A DNA stretch of 64,000 nucleotides, taken from positions 6,862 to 70,861 of the forward strand of contig DATBJH010000077.1 of the NCBI GenBank assembly GCA_036556505.1, in the 5' to 3' direction. The position numbers and the translations under genes were made by a program. Positions 18,420-26,877 of the stretch are shown one piece after another (the stretch's first letter is position 1; the number at the start of each line of letters is the position of its first letter). Below the pieces are notes generated by a model. It had not been told where the DNA came from and searched no databases. It saw only the letters and a list, made by a program, of their open reading frames with translations. Origin of the DNA: Gemmatimonadales bacterium (GTDB lineage Bacteria > Gemmatimonadota > Gemmatimonadetes > Gemmatimonadales > GWC2-71-9).

Positions 18420-18663
18420 ACGCGGGGTCGCTGGCCCGGGTGCGGAGGTCGGTCTCCCCACCCCGCTGCCAGCCCCCCCGGAACTCGAAGTGGCGCTCGT
18501 CCAGGATCCTGCTGGCGAGCGCCGCGGTGCCCTGCTGCTGGACCTGCCACAGCAACACCTTGGCCCCGACCTCGGCGGCCGTCTCCCAGACACCAGCTTC
18601 CAGCTGCGGGTAGCTCTCGGCAAATTCGGGCTTCAGCCGGGCTTCCCGGGCCGTGAATTCCAT
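18403..18663 (-). CDS. Hypothetical small protein (86 aa)
   Basis: ATG at 18663, preceded by GGAGG at 5 nt. I recognised no motifs. It overlaps the convergent upstream gene by 17 nt. Confidence 0.45.
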   Translation of the reverse strand: MEFTAREARLKPEFAESYPQLEAGVWETAAEVGAKVLLWQVQQQGTAALASRILDERHFEFRGGWQRGGETDLRTRASDPAFNGPV

Positions 18664-18809
18664 CTGACCTCCGGTGCGCTTGCGAGCGGATGGCACTGGT
18701 CTCGAGGGGGGTAAGAAGGGTGGAAAATGCAGCCTCCGGGTCCCCCGCACCAGAGGCGAAAGTCCCCTCCCACCCCTATGCAACTTCCCTGCCTGTCTAA
18801 TTTCCCCCC

Positions 18810-19847
18810 ATGCGGATCGCCGTCGTCTTCGACACCCCGTACGCCGGCTGGCACCATCCGGAGCACGAGCGCCAGATGACCAAGGAAGTGGCCGCCTGGC
18901 ACCACGACGAGCCCGAGATGGAGTACCAGATCGCCGATGCCCTCCGGGAGCGGGGTCATGAGGTGTTCCTGATCGGGGTCAGCGACGACCTCCAGTACCT
19001 GGTCGGCTGCCTGGACCAGATGCGCCCCGACCTGGTCTTCAACGCGGCGGAGGCGTTCCACGGCAACCCGGGTCTGGAGTACCTGGTCCCGGGCGTGCTG
19101 GAGGCCGAAGGGTACCCGTACACCGGGTCACCGCCGCAGGCGTTGCTGGTCTCCCGCAACAAGGCCATGAGCAAGAAGGTGCTCGCCTGGCACGACATCC
19201 GGGTGCCGGGCTTCGTTACCTGGCGCCCCGGTGAGACGCTCGAATCACGCGGCGACCTCCGCTACCCGGTGATCGTGAAGCCGCTCCAGTCGGATGCCTC
19301 GGTCGGCATCGCGCAGGCCTCCGTGGTCCAGGACGAGGCCTCCCTGCTGGAGCGGGTGACCCTGGTACACGAGCGCTTTCACCAGCCCGCCATCGCGGAG
19401 GAGTTCGTGGACGGGCGGGAGCTGTACGTCAGTGTCATCGGCAACGGCGACGAGCTCGAGATCCTCCCGATCACCGAGATGGTCTTCGACAAGCGGAAGA
19501 CCCGGCCGGAGGAGCGGATCGCCACCAAGTCGGCCAAGTGGGACGAGGACTACCGCGCCCGCAAGGGAATCCGTAACGTCTTTGCCCGCCCGATCGCGGC
19601 CAGCGTCCGGGAGCGGATCGAGGCCATCTGCCGGACCGCCTTCCGCGCCCTGTGGCTTCGCGACTACGCGCGGCTGGACGTGCGACTGGCGCCGGACGGC
19701 GAGGTCTGGTTCCTCGAGGCCAACGCCAACCCATTCATCAGCTACGGACACGACATGGCGAACGCGGCGGAGAAGGCCGGGCTGGATTACTACGGTTTCG
19801 TGCAGCGCCTGGTGGACCTGGCGATGGCCCGGCATGAGCGCGCGTAG
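18810..19847 (+). CDS. ATP-grasp enzyme, D-alanine--D-alanine ligase-like
   Basis: 345-aa ORF with MRIAVVFD... and SRNKAMSKKVL, YPVIVKP, ELYVSVIG, WFLEANANP, which are typical Ddl-family ATP-grasp blocks. Confidence 0.85.
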   Translation: MRIAVVFDTPYAGWHHPEHERQMTKEVAAWHHDEPEMEYQIADALRERGHEVFLIGVSDDLQYLVGCLDQMRPDLVFNAAEAFHGNPGLEYLVPGVLEAEGYPYTGSPPQALLVSRNKAMSKKVLAWHDIRVPGFVTWRPGETLESRGDLRYPVIVKPLQSDASVGIAQASVVQDEASLLERVTLVHERFHQPAIAEEFVDGRELYVSVIGNGDELEILPITEMVFDKRKTRPEERIATKSAKWDEDYRARKGIRNVFARPIAASVRERIEAICRTAFRALWLRDYARLDVRLAPDGEVWFLEANANPFISYGHDMANAAEKAGLDYYGFVQRLVDLAMARHERA

Positions 19848-20844
19848 GCGATTGCGCGAGCGGGGGCCGGTCCCCGAGCATCGCTGCGTGTGCGGGCAGC
19901 GGCTGCACAAGTACTGGAACCACTGTCCCAACTGTTCCCGCGAGCTCCAGTGGCGCGACCTGGACAACGTCACCGGCGCCGAATGCTTCAACTGCGGCTG
20001 GATCGTCTCCGACAAGTTCTCCTGGTGCCCGTGGTGCGCGGCGGACATCTACGAGGAGGGCTACTCCAGCGAGACGCCGCTCAAGGCGCCGAAGGGCTTC
20101 CGGATGGACGCCCGCTGCGACTGGGGCTGCGGTGGCGGAGTACAGTACCCGATGCCCAACTGCCCCTGGTGCGGGCGGGCCCAGCATTGGGACGAGTCGG
20201 ACCGGTTCGAGGGCGACTGCCCCCACTGCGGCCGCGGAGTGGACGACTGGATGAACGCCTGCCCCTGGTGCGGCAGCGACGCCACCGGGCGCGACCTCAT
20301 CCCCCGGGCGCTCACCCGGGCTCGCCGGCTGCTCCTGGTGAGCCGGATCCGCGACTGGGGGTACCGGGTGCTGCTCCGGCCCGGCATCTCGGGCGTGGAT
20401 CCGCGCTACCCCAAGATCGTCGAGATCGAGCAGCGCTACGTCGTGGGCAAGCGGCGGCAGGACGAGATTCCGTGGACCATGCTGGTCGGGCTGATAACCC
20501 ACGAGCTGGGCCACAGCTTCCTGTACCATCATTGGGACTGGACCCGCAGCCGGCGCTTCCGCCGAGCCTTCGGCGACGTGGACAAGGCCTACCGGGCCAT
20601 GGACAACACCTGGGTGTACTTCCAGCGCCGCCGCATTGCGATCGCACCGCGAGACCACGTCAGCGCGTACGCGGCCAAGCATCCCCAGGAGGATTTCGCC
20701 GAGACGTTCCGGTTTTACGTCACCCGGCGGGGTCGGCTGCGCGACCTGTTCGCGGAGTTCGGACAGAAGCGGAAGGGTGTGATCCTGTACGAGAAGTTTC
20801 TCGTGCTGCACGACTTCGTGCGGGCGCTGCGGGGGTGGGGATAG
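19834..20844 (+). CDS. Four-zinc-ribbon protein with a C-terminal HExxH (zincin-like) putative metallopeptidase domain
   Basis: The ATG at 19834 overlaps the ATP-grasp gene by 14 nt. There are four CxxC/CxC...CP(N/W)C units. These are followed by THELGHS and, about 60 aa later, QEDFAETF. The ORF-track extension back to 19432 is rejected. Confidence 0.75.
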   Translation: MSARRRLRERGPVPEHRCVCGQRLHKYWNHCPNCSRELQWRDLDNVTGAECFNCGWIVSDKFSWCPWCAADIYEEGYSSETPLKAPKGFRMDARCDWGCGGGVQYPMPNCPWCGRAQHWDESDRFEGDCPHCGRGVDDWMNACPWCGSDATGRDLIPRALTRARRLLLVSRIRDWGYRVLLRPGISGVDPRYPKIVEIEQRYVVGKRRQDEIPWTMLVGLITHELGHSFLYHHWDWTRSRRFRRAFGDVDKAYRAMDNTWVYFQRRRIAIAPRDHVSAYAAKHPQEDFAETFRFYVTRRGRLRDLFAEFGQKRKGVILYEKFLVLHDFVRALRGWG

Positions 20845-22473
20845 TCACCACCACCCCGCCTTCTTCTTCACCGTGCGCTTGCCCTCCTTGAGGGCTTCCA
20901 TCGCGGCATTCCGGCCGTTCACTCCGATCACGCTCCCGCCCGGATGCGTCCCTGCGCCGCACAGCAACACGCCGGGCATCGGCGTCCGGGCGCGCAGCCG
21001 TCGGTCCCACATGTACTGGGGCAGGATCTCCCCCTGGAAGATGTGACCGCCGGTGAGGCCGACGCGCTCCTCGATGTCCGGCGGGCCCAGCACCTCCATC
21101 CCCGTCACCGCCGCCGGGATGTTGCTGCAGAAACGGCCGATCGACCGAACTACGACCTGCCCCACCTCCTCTCGGCGGCTGTTCCAGTCACCTTCGCGGA
21201 AGGCGTGGGGGACGTATTGGGCGAACACGCTCAGCGTGTGCACTCCGTCGGGGACGACGCTGCGGTCGAACACGGTGTGCAGGTACAGCTCGTTCCAGGT
21301 CTTCGGCGGAAGCACTCCCTCGTTCGCCAGACGGTGGTGCTCGCGCCATTCGTCCTTCGTGAGGGGCGTGTTCACCTGCCCGGTGTGGTGCGGCTGGCGG
21401 AGCCCCGGCCGCGCGGTGAAGTCCGGCAGCGCCGACAGCCGGAGGTTCACCTTCACCGTGATGCCCCGGGTGGGCAGCGCGCGCACCTGCCGGGCCCAGG
21501 TCCCGTCCGCCGCGTCGCCCAGGAGCCGGAGCGTGACGGTCGGGTCGGCATTGGAGATCACCTGCGGCGCCGTGATCCGCTTGCCGGACGCGAGCTCGAC
21601 TCCTTCACCGGGGAGGATACGCGCGACCGGCACCCCAGTCGCCACCACGGCGCCGAGCCCGCGGGCGATGTCGCACAGCAGGAAGGACACCATCCCCATC
21701 CCGCCTTCCACGTAGCCCCACGTCCCCGGCAGTCCGAACATCCGGCCCGAGGCGTGGTGGAACCACACCGAGGCCGTACCGGGCTCGTGCGGGCTCGCGT
21801 TGGTGCCGATGACACCTTGCCCCAGGTAGGCGAGGTGCATTCGCTCATCGTCCATGTACCGTTCGACCATCTCCACCATGGACCAGTCGAACAGGATCGC
21901 CCGGGCCTCCGCATCGCCCCGCAGCCGTCGCTCGATCTCGTCGCGGTCGGGCGCCGGGTCGAGCCACAGGTCGCCCGCACCGTCGGGGCGCAGCGCGTCG
22001 CGCAGCCGCTGCTTGGCCGCCTGCATCGCGCGCCATCCGGCGAGGTCCCCGGGGGCGAAGCGGGTGATCTCCGCCTCGCAGCGGGCATCGTCGTTCCAGA
22101 GCTGGATGCTGCTGCCGTCTTCGAACGGCACGAAGAGCCCGCCGACCGCGGGGAACCAGCGGAATCCGTGGCCGGGCAGATCGAGCTCCTGGATGACGGT
22201 TGGATGCAGCAGCCCCGCGACGTAGGCGCAGGGCGACATCCGGACGCCGGGCCAGGGCTCCTCCATGGTGCAGGCGCCGCCCACGCGATCCCTGGCCTCG
22301 AGCACCAGTACCTTGCGGCCCGCCCGCGCCAGGTAAGCGGCGCAAGTGAGCCCGTTGTGGCCGGCACCGACGATCACCGCGTCCCACTGCCTTCGGGCGA
22401 GCTCCGCCACGGGCCGCGGCAGGCCGATCCGGCCGAGGACCTCGGCGGTGGGGCTGGAGTGTGGTCGAGTCAT
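20845..22473 (-). CDS. FAD/NAD(P)-dependent oxidoreductase, phytoene desaturase (CrtI)-like family
   Basis: The ATG at 22473 gives MTRPHSS.... It has the dinucleotide-binding motif VIVGAGHNGLTCAAYLARAG. Length is 542 aa. The ORF-track N-terminal extension is translated octamer repeat and is rejected. Confidence 0.85.
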   Translation of the reverse strand: MTRPHSSPTAEVLGRIGLPRPVAELARRQWDAVIVGAGHNGLTCAAYLARAGRKVLVLEARDRVGGACTMEEPWPGVRMSPCAYVAGLLHPTVIQELDLPGHGFRWFPAVGGLFVPFEDGSSIQLWNDDARCEAEITRFAPGDLAGWRAMQAAKQRLRDALRPDGAGDLWLDPAPDRDEIERRLRGDAEARAILFDWSMVEMVERYMDDERMHLAYLGQGVIGTNASPHEPGTASVWFHHASGRMFGLPGTWGYVEGGMGMVSFLLCDIARGLGAVVATGVPVARILPGEGVELASGKRITAPQVISNADPTVTLRLLGDAADGTWARQVRALPTRGITVKVNLRLSALPDFTARPGLRQPHHTGQVNTPLTKDEWREHHRLANEGVLPPKTWNELYLHTVFDRSVVPDGVHTLSVFAQYVPHAFREGDWNSRREEVGQVVVRSIGRFCSNIPAAVTGMEVLGPPDIEERVGLTGGHIFQGEILPQYMWDRRLRARTPMPGVLLCGAGTHPGGSVIGVNGRNAAMEALKEGKRTVKKKAGWW

Positions 22474-22485
22474 GGCATGAGAATG

Positions 22486-22657
22486 GGCGGTAAGGCGGTA
22501 AGGCGGTAGGGCGGTACGGCGGTACGGGGGTACGGCGGTACGGCGGTACGTCCTTCCCACCCGACCACCTGACCGGCTGACCGCCCGGCCGGCTGACCGC
22601 CCGACCGGCTGACCGCCCGACCGCCTGCCCGCCTTACCGCCCGACCGCCCGACCGCC
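22486..22657. repeat. Inverted pair of octamer tandem arrays: 8 x GGCGGTAM (22486-22549), a short spacer, then 12 x CYGACCGS (22561-22656)
   Basis: Units were read and counted directly. The arrays occupy most of the 196-nt divergent intergenic region between 22473 and 22670. Confidence 0.9.
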
Positions 22658-22669
22658 TACTATCCCCCC

Positions 22670-23827
22670 ATGACCCTCCGGCTCTACTACACCGACTCGT
22701 ATCTGCAAGAGTTCGATGCCGCCGTCGTGGATCGCGCCGAGGGGGGCCGCCGCGTGTACCTCGACCGGACCGCATTCTACCCTGCGTCCGGCGGCCAGCC
22801 CCACGACATCGGCGCGCTCGACGGTAATCCGGTACTGGACGTGGTGGACGAGGGTGACCGTATCGCCCACCTGCTGGCCGAGCCGGTGGGTGCGGCAACG
22901 GTGCACGGGGCGGTCGACTGGCCACGGCGCTTCGATCACATGCAGCAGCACAGCGGCCAGCATCTCCTCTCGGCTGCGCTGCACGAGCTCTTCGGCCACA
23001 CTACGATCGCGGTGCACTTCGGGCGCGAGAGCTCAACGCTCGACCTGGACACGCCGGACCTGGAGCAGCCGCGCCTGGTCGAGGCGGAGGCGCGCGCGAA
23101 CGACATCGTCATCGAGAATCGGCCGATCGAGGTCGGTTTCGAGGAGGCATCGGAAGCGGCCGGACTGCGAAAGGCGTCGGTCCGAGAGGGAACGCTGCGC
23201 ATCGTGACGATCCGCGATCTCGACCGGAGCGCCTGCGGCGGCACGCACGTCCGCGCCACCGGTGAGATCGGCCCGATCCTCATTCGGAAGTCGGAGCGGG
23301 TGAAGAGGAACCTGCGCCTGGAGTTCGTCTGCGGCGCCCGGGCCGTGCGCCGCGCGCGCGCCGACCTCGATCTGCTCTCCCGGCTCGCCGTCCAGTTCTC
23401 GGCGGCGGCGGAAGAGCTCCCGACCCTGGTGGAGGCCCAGCGGGCCGAGCTCCGGGCGGCTGTGGGAGGGCGACGCGAGCTGGAAGCGAGTCTGGCCCGC
23501 TACCGCGCCCGGGAGTTGTACGACGCCGCGCCCGACGGGGTGCCGCGACGGATCGTCGTGCGGGAGGAAGAGGGACCGATCGAGCGGCTCCGTCCGCTGG
23601 CTCAGGCGATCGCGACGATGCCGCGGTCGTTGTTCGTGGGCTGGACCGTGAACCCGCCCGCCCTCGTCGTCGGCGCCTCGGAGGATTCCGGGATAAACGC
23701 CGGCATGGCCCTCAAGGCCGCGCTGGCCGGTGTAGAAGGACGGGGCGGCGGAAACGCCAGATTGGCGCAGGGAACCGCGCCGTCGGCGGCTGCAATTGAG
23801 CTGGCTGTGGGACGATTGTCACCCTGA
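22670..23827 (+). CDS. Alanyl-tRNA editing protein, AlaX-L type (tRNA synthetase class II editing/SAD domains)
   Basis: 385-aa ORF with MTLRLYYTDSYL, the zinc motifs QHSGQHLLS and CGGTHV, and a DHHA1-like C-terminus. Confidence 0.85.
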   Translation: MTLRLYYTDSYLQEFDAAVVDRAEGGRRVYLDRTAFYPASGGQPHDIGALDGNPVLDVVDEGDRIAHLLAEPVGAATVHGAVDWPRRFDHMQQHSGQHLLSAALHELFGHTTIAVHFGRESSTLDLDTPDLEQPRLVEAEARANDIVIENRPIEVGFEEASEAAGLRKASVREGTLRIVTIRDLDRSACGGTHVRATGEIGPILIRKSERVKRNLRLEFVCGARAVRRARADLDLLSRLAVQFSAAAEELPTLVEAQRAELRAAVGGRRELEASLARYRARELYDAAPDGVPRRIVVREEEGPIERLRPLAQAIATMPRSLFVGWTVNPPALVVGASEDSGINAGMALKAALAGVEGRGGGNARLAQGTAPSAAAIELAVGRLSP

Positions 23828-23884
23828 GCGCAGCGCAGGGGACCATGTTCGGTGTCGCCCCTTCCCTTCGACTATCAGGGTGAC
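23817..23884. repeat. REP/MITE-like palindromic element, copy 2 (TGTCACCCTGAGCGCAGCGCAGGGGACCATGTTCGG... imperfect right arm ...CAGGGTGAC)
   Basis: Read directly. It spans the whole convergent gap and overlaps both stop codons (TGA 23825-27, TAG complement 23884-86). It is closest to the copy at 50318. Confidence 0.8.
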
Positions 23885-25257
23885 TATCCCAGCTCCGTGA
23901 CCAGCGCCTCGACCGACGTAGGACAGAGCGCCGTGCCCGCGAGCCCCCGAAGAATCGCGATCGCCTCGTGCCGCGGGAGCCCCTTGCGATAGGGACGATC
24001 CGCGGTCGTCGCCTCGTAGACGTCGGCCACCGCGAGCGCCCGGCTCATGGGCGAGAGCCGCTCCCCCGTGAGACCCAGGTGGTAGCCCTTCCCGTCCAGC
24101 CGCTCGTGATGCGCACTCGCGACCGTGACGATCGCCGAGAACGCCCCCACCCGCTCCAGGATCCGCTGCGTGTAGGCCGGATGGACCCGGATCTCCGCCC
24201 GCTCCCGCTCGGTCAGCCGGTCTGGTTTGTCGAGGATCAGGGTGGAGACCCCGAGCTTGCCGATGTCGTGCAGCAGCCCGGCGCGACGCAGATCGCGCAG
24301 CTGGACGTCGCTGAAGTGCAGGTGCCGGCCGATGGTCACAGCCAGCTCCGCCACCCGCTCCGAATGCAGGTAGGTGAAGGGCGACTTGGCGTCGATCACC
24401 CTGGCGAATGCCCGCGCGATGTCATCCAGCCGCGCCTCGTCGGCCAACCGCACCTCATCCTCGGGCTCGAGTGCACCCAGCCACCGCTCGGGTGAGCGGC
24501 CCAGCACCTTGGCCCAGAAGTCGTCGTCGTCCGCGAGGCCGCGGAACGCGTCCACCAGGGTCGGATCGAACCAGCGGCCGCGCCGGTCCACCGCCATCTC
24601 GATCGCCGCGTCCGGGCCGAAGGTGCTGGCGAAGACCTCCGCCGTCTGGGCCAGACTCACGATGCGTCCCAGCAGCGGAATCGCCGGGCCCGACAATCCA
24701 TCCGGCATCCCGTTGCCGTCCCAGTGCTCGTCCAGGGTGCGGATCGCCTCGCGGGTGGCGCTGGTGAAGCCCAGCGTCGCGGCGATGTCCCCTCCGCGGT
24801 CGCAGCGGGTTCGGGCCATCTCCCGTCCGCTGCCCTTCTCGTGCATCCACATCGAGGCGACGTGGAGGGCACGCCCCATCGGTGAGGCGCCCGGCACCGC
24901 GTTGCGGAGCGCGTACCGCAGACTCCGCGTCGGCCGCGACCAGTCCGTCAGCTTGTGGTCCCGCTTGAGCGCGCGGTCGTCGGCGCCGAAGAGCGAGCAG
25001 AGCCGGGCCGCGTTGCTGGAACAGCCCAGATCCTTCAGCAGGAGCGCGTAGAACAGCGAGCCCCGGTCTTCCGACGGCACGCCGACCCGCTCCGCCAGGT
25101 GCATGCCGATGAGGCCGGTGCGCACGGCGTGCCCGGGCGCCTGGCCCTCGGTGATGTCGAGCGCGCAGGAGAGCGCCGAGAGGATCTCGGAGATCCGGTA
25201 GGTCGACTCGCGGACCGGTACGGTGCGAACAAGACTAGCGGTCATTGGCCGGGACAC
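23884..25257 (-). CDS. HD-GYP-type phosphohydrolase domain protein (degenerate N-terminal HD-like region plus C-terminal HD domain)
   Basis: 457-aa ORF. The C-terminal domain has HSERV...LLHDIGKLGV...HHERLDGKGYHLGL. The N-terminal region has a degenerate LLKDLGC in place of LLHDIGK. Confidence 0.85.
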   Translation of the reverse strand: MSRPMTASLVRTVPVRESTYRISEILSALSCALDITEGQAPGHAVRTGLIGMHLAERVGVPSEDRGSLFYALLLKDLGCSSNAARLCSLFGADDRALKRDHKLTDWSRPTRSLRYALRNAVPGASPMGRALHVASMWMHEKGSGREMARTRCDRGGDIAATLGFTSATREAIRTLDEHWDGNGMPDGLSGPAIPLLGRIVSLAQTAEVFASTFGPDAAIEMAVDRRGRWFDPTLVDAFRGLADDDDFWAKVLGRSPERWLGALEPEDEVRLADEARLDDIARAFARVIDAKSPFTYLHSERVAELAVTIGRHLHFSDVQLRDLRRAGLLHDIGKLGVSTLILDKPDRLTERERAEIRVHPAYTQRILERVGAFSAIVTVASAHHERLDGKGYHLGLTGERLSPMSRALAVADVYEATTADRPYRKGLPRHEAIAILRGLAGTALCPTSVEALVTELG

Positions 25258-26725
25258 TTCCGCCCATATGGGTCTCGAGCACGCCGCCCAGGTCCACCCC
25301 CTCGGCCCCGAGCAGCCGGAACAGCTCCCATTCCGCCGCGCGCGCCGCTCCGGTGCGGCGCCCGTTGTACATCAGCGAGAGCACCAGCACTCCGTCCTGT
25401 CGCGCGAGGTAGCCCGCGAGCGTGGCCACCTCGTCCAGGGTGCCGGTCTTGGCGTGCACCACGCCTCGCGCCATTCCTCCGCCCCGGAGACGGCGCAGGG
25501 TGCCGGTGCCGTTGGCGGGCAACAGGAGCGGGAAACGCTGGTTGCCGGGGATCTGGGGAAAGCGGGCGAGGTACAGCATCTGCGTCAGCGCGCTCATCCG
25601 GTTGAACTCGCTGAGCCCGCTGCCATCCACCAGATGCACCCGCGCCGAGGGCCCCACGATCTGGCGCACGTGCTGGGTGAGGAGGCCCGGGCCGGTCAGC
25701 TGATTGCCGGCGGCGAACTGGAGCATCAGCTCGGCGCCGATGTTCACGCTCCGCCGGTTCACCTCGATGGCGATACTATCGAGCGGCGCGGAGGACACCT
25801 GCGCCAGAGTAACGGCCGGGCGCGGCGCCAGCAGTACCGGACCGCCGGGGCTCGCCCAACGGATCCCCGCCCGCTCCAGCGCGGCCGCCCACGCGGAGAC
25901 GAGAAGCTGGGCGGGCTCGTGGGCCACGGCGCTCAATCCCGCACTGCTGCGGTCGATGCCGATCGTGCCGCGCAGCGTCCATCCGCCGTCGGGATCGGCC
26001 CGGAGTGAAAGCCGCCGGCCGCGTCCACCCACGGTGGTCGCGGCGATGCGCACCATGCGGCTCGCCCCATCCGGGTAGGCGCTCACCAGCTGCGGCGGTG
26101 AGCCGGCCTCCCGGCCCGGCCGGAAAGTGAGGGAGACCGTGTTCTCATGCAGCGCGACCGGACCGACGGGCGGCGCGTAGAGGCGCCCCTCGTAGTCGGG
26201 AGACCAGACCGAGGGATAGCGGGACTCGGCCGGACCTGTCCGGCTGGTGACCACGAGCGGTCCCTCGAGCACACGAATGCCGCGCGCTCGCAGCTGGCGA
26301 GCGAGCTCCCGGAGCGTCGGGCCGGCGCGGCCGGCGCGGTCGAGCGTGGGATCCCCGCCCAGATGCAGCGCCCAGGTCCCGATCCATTTGCCGCTGGTCG
26401 AATCGAGGCGGCCCTCGGCGATGACCCTGGTGGTGAAGCGGGCGCCGCCGCCCATTCTGGTGCGGGAGAATCCGGTGGTGAAGAGCTTGGTGGTGGATGC
26501 CGGAATCAGCTCGAGCCCGGGGCTCATGCTCCACAGGACGCGACCATCCATGGTGCCGATGCTGATGCCCCACTGGCCGCCGGACGTGCGCTCGGAGGTG
26601 CGCGCGAACCACGCGTCCAGCTCGACGCGCTCCCGCGCCGACAGCGCCTGGGCCGCGGCGGACGCGCTCGTCGCACCGCACAGGCACGACACGACCATCC
26701 AGATCCGGTCCAGACGTCGGAGCAT
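25235..26725 (-). CDS. dacB: D-alanyl-D-alanine carboxypeptidase/endopeptidase (PBP4 family)
   Basis: 496-aa ORF with a signal-like N-terminus, the SxxK motif (PASTTKLFT), and KTGTL near the C-terminus. Confidence 0.88.
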   Translation of the reverse strand: MLRRLDRIWMVVSCLCGATSASAAAQALSARERVELDAWFARTSERTSGGQWGISIGTMDGRVLWSMSPGLELIPASTTKLFTTGFSRTRMGGGARFTTRVIAEGRLDSTSGKWIGTWALHLGGDPTLDRAGRAGPTLRELARQLRARGIRVLEGPLVVTSRTGPAESRYPSVWSPDYEGRLYAPPVGPVALHENTVSLTFRPGREAGSPPQLVSAYPDGASRMVRIAATTVGGRGRRLSLRADPDGGWTLRGTIGIDRSSAGLSAVAHEPAQLLVSAWAAALERAGIRWASPGGPVLLAPRPAVTLAQVSSAPLDSIAIEVNRRSVNIGAELMLQFAAGNQLTGPGLLTQHVRQIVGPSARVHLVDGSGLSEFNRMSALTQMLYLARFPQIPGNQRFPLLLPANGTGTLRRLRGGGMARGVVHAKTGTLDEVATLAGYLARQDGVLVLSLMYNGRRTGAARAAEWELFRLLGAEGVDLGGVLETHMGGSVPANDR

Positions 26726-26877
26726 GTAGGTTCGCTCGGGAAAGGCGGTCGAGGAGAAACGGAATTGCAGTGCCAGTCAGGCAAGCGGCAGGCCACGGGT
26801 CAACCCGTTGCGGGGAAAGGAAATGGCAGGATTTTGCGGGCTCGACTGTCGGGCGTTCTGCCTGCGCCGTGGCGGGG

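Noticed and set aside
22474-22560. N-terminal extension of the CrtI-like oxidoreductase (MGRTYRRTAVPPYRRTALPPYRLTAHSHA...).
   Set aside because: This is a translation of the GGCGGTAC octamer array. The internal ATG at 22473 gives a normal N-terminus just upstream of the FAD-binding GxGxxG.
22486-22657. The octamer arrays considered as a CRISPR array.
   Set aside because: The units are 8 bp, directly abutting with no spacers, and no cas genes are present. This is a microsatellite-type tandem repeat, not CRISPR.
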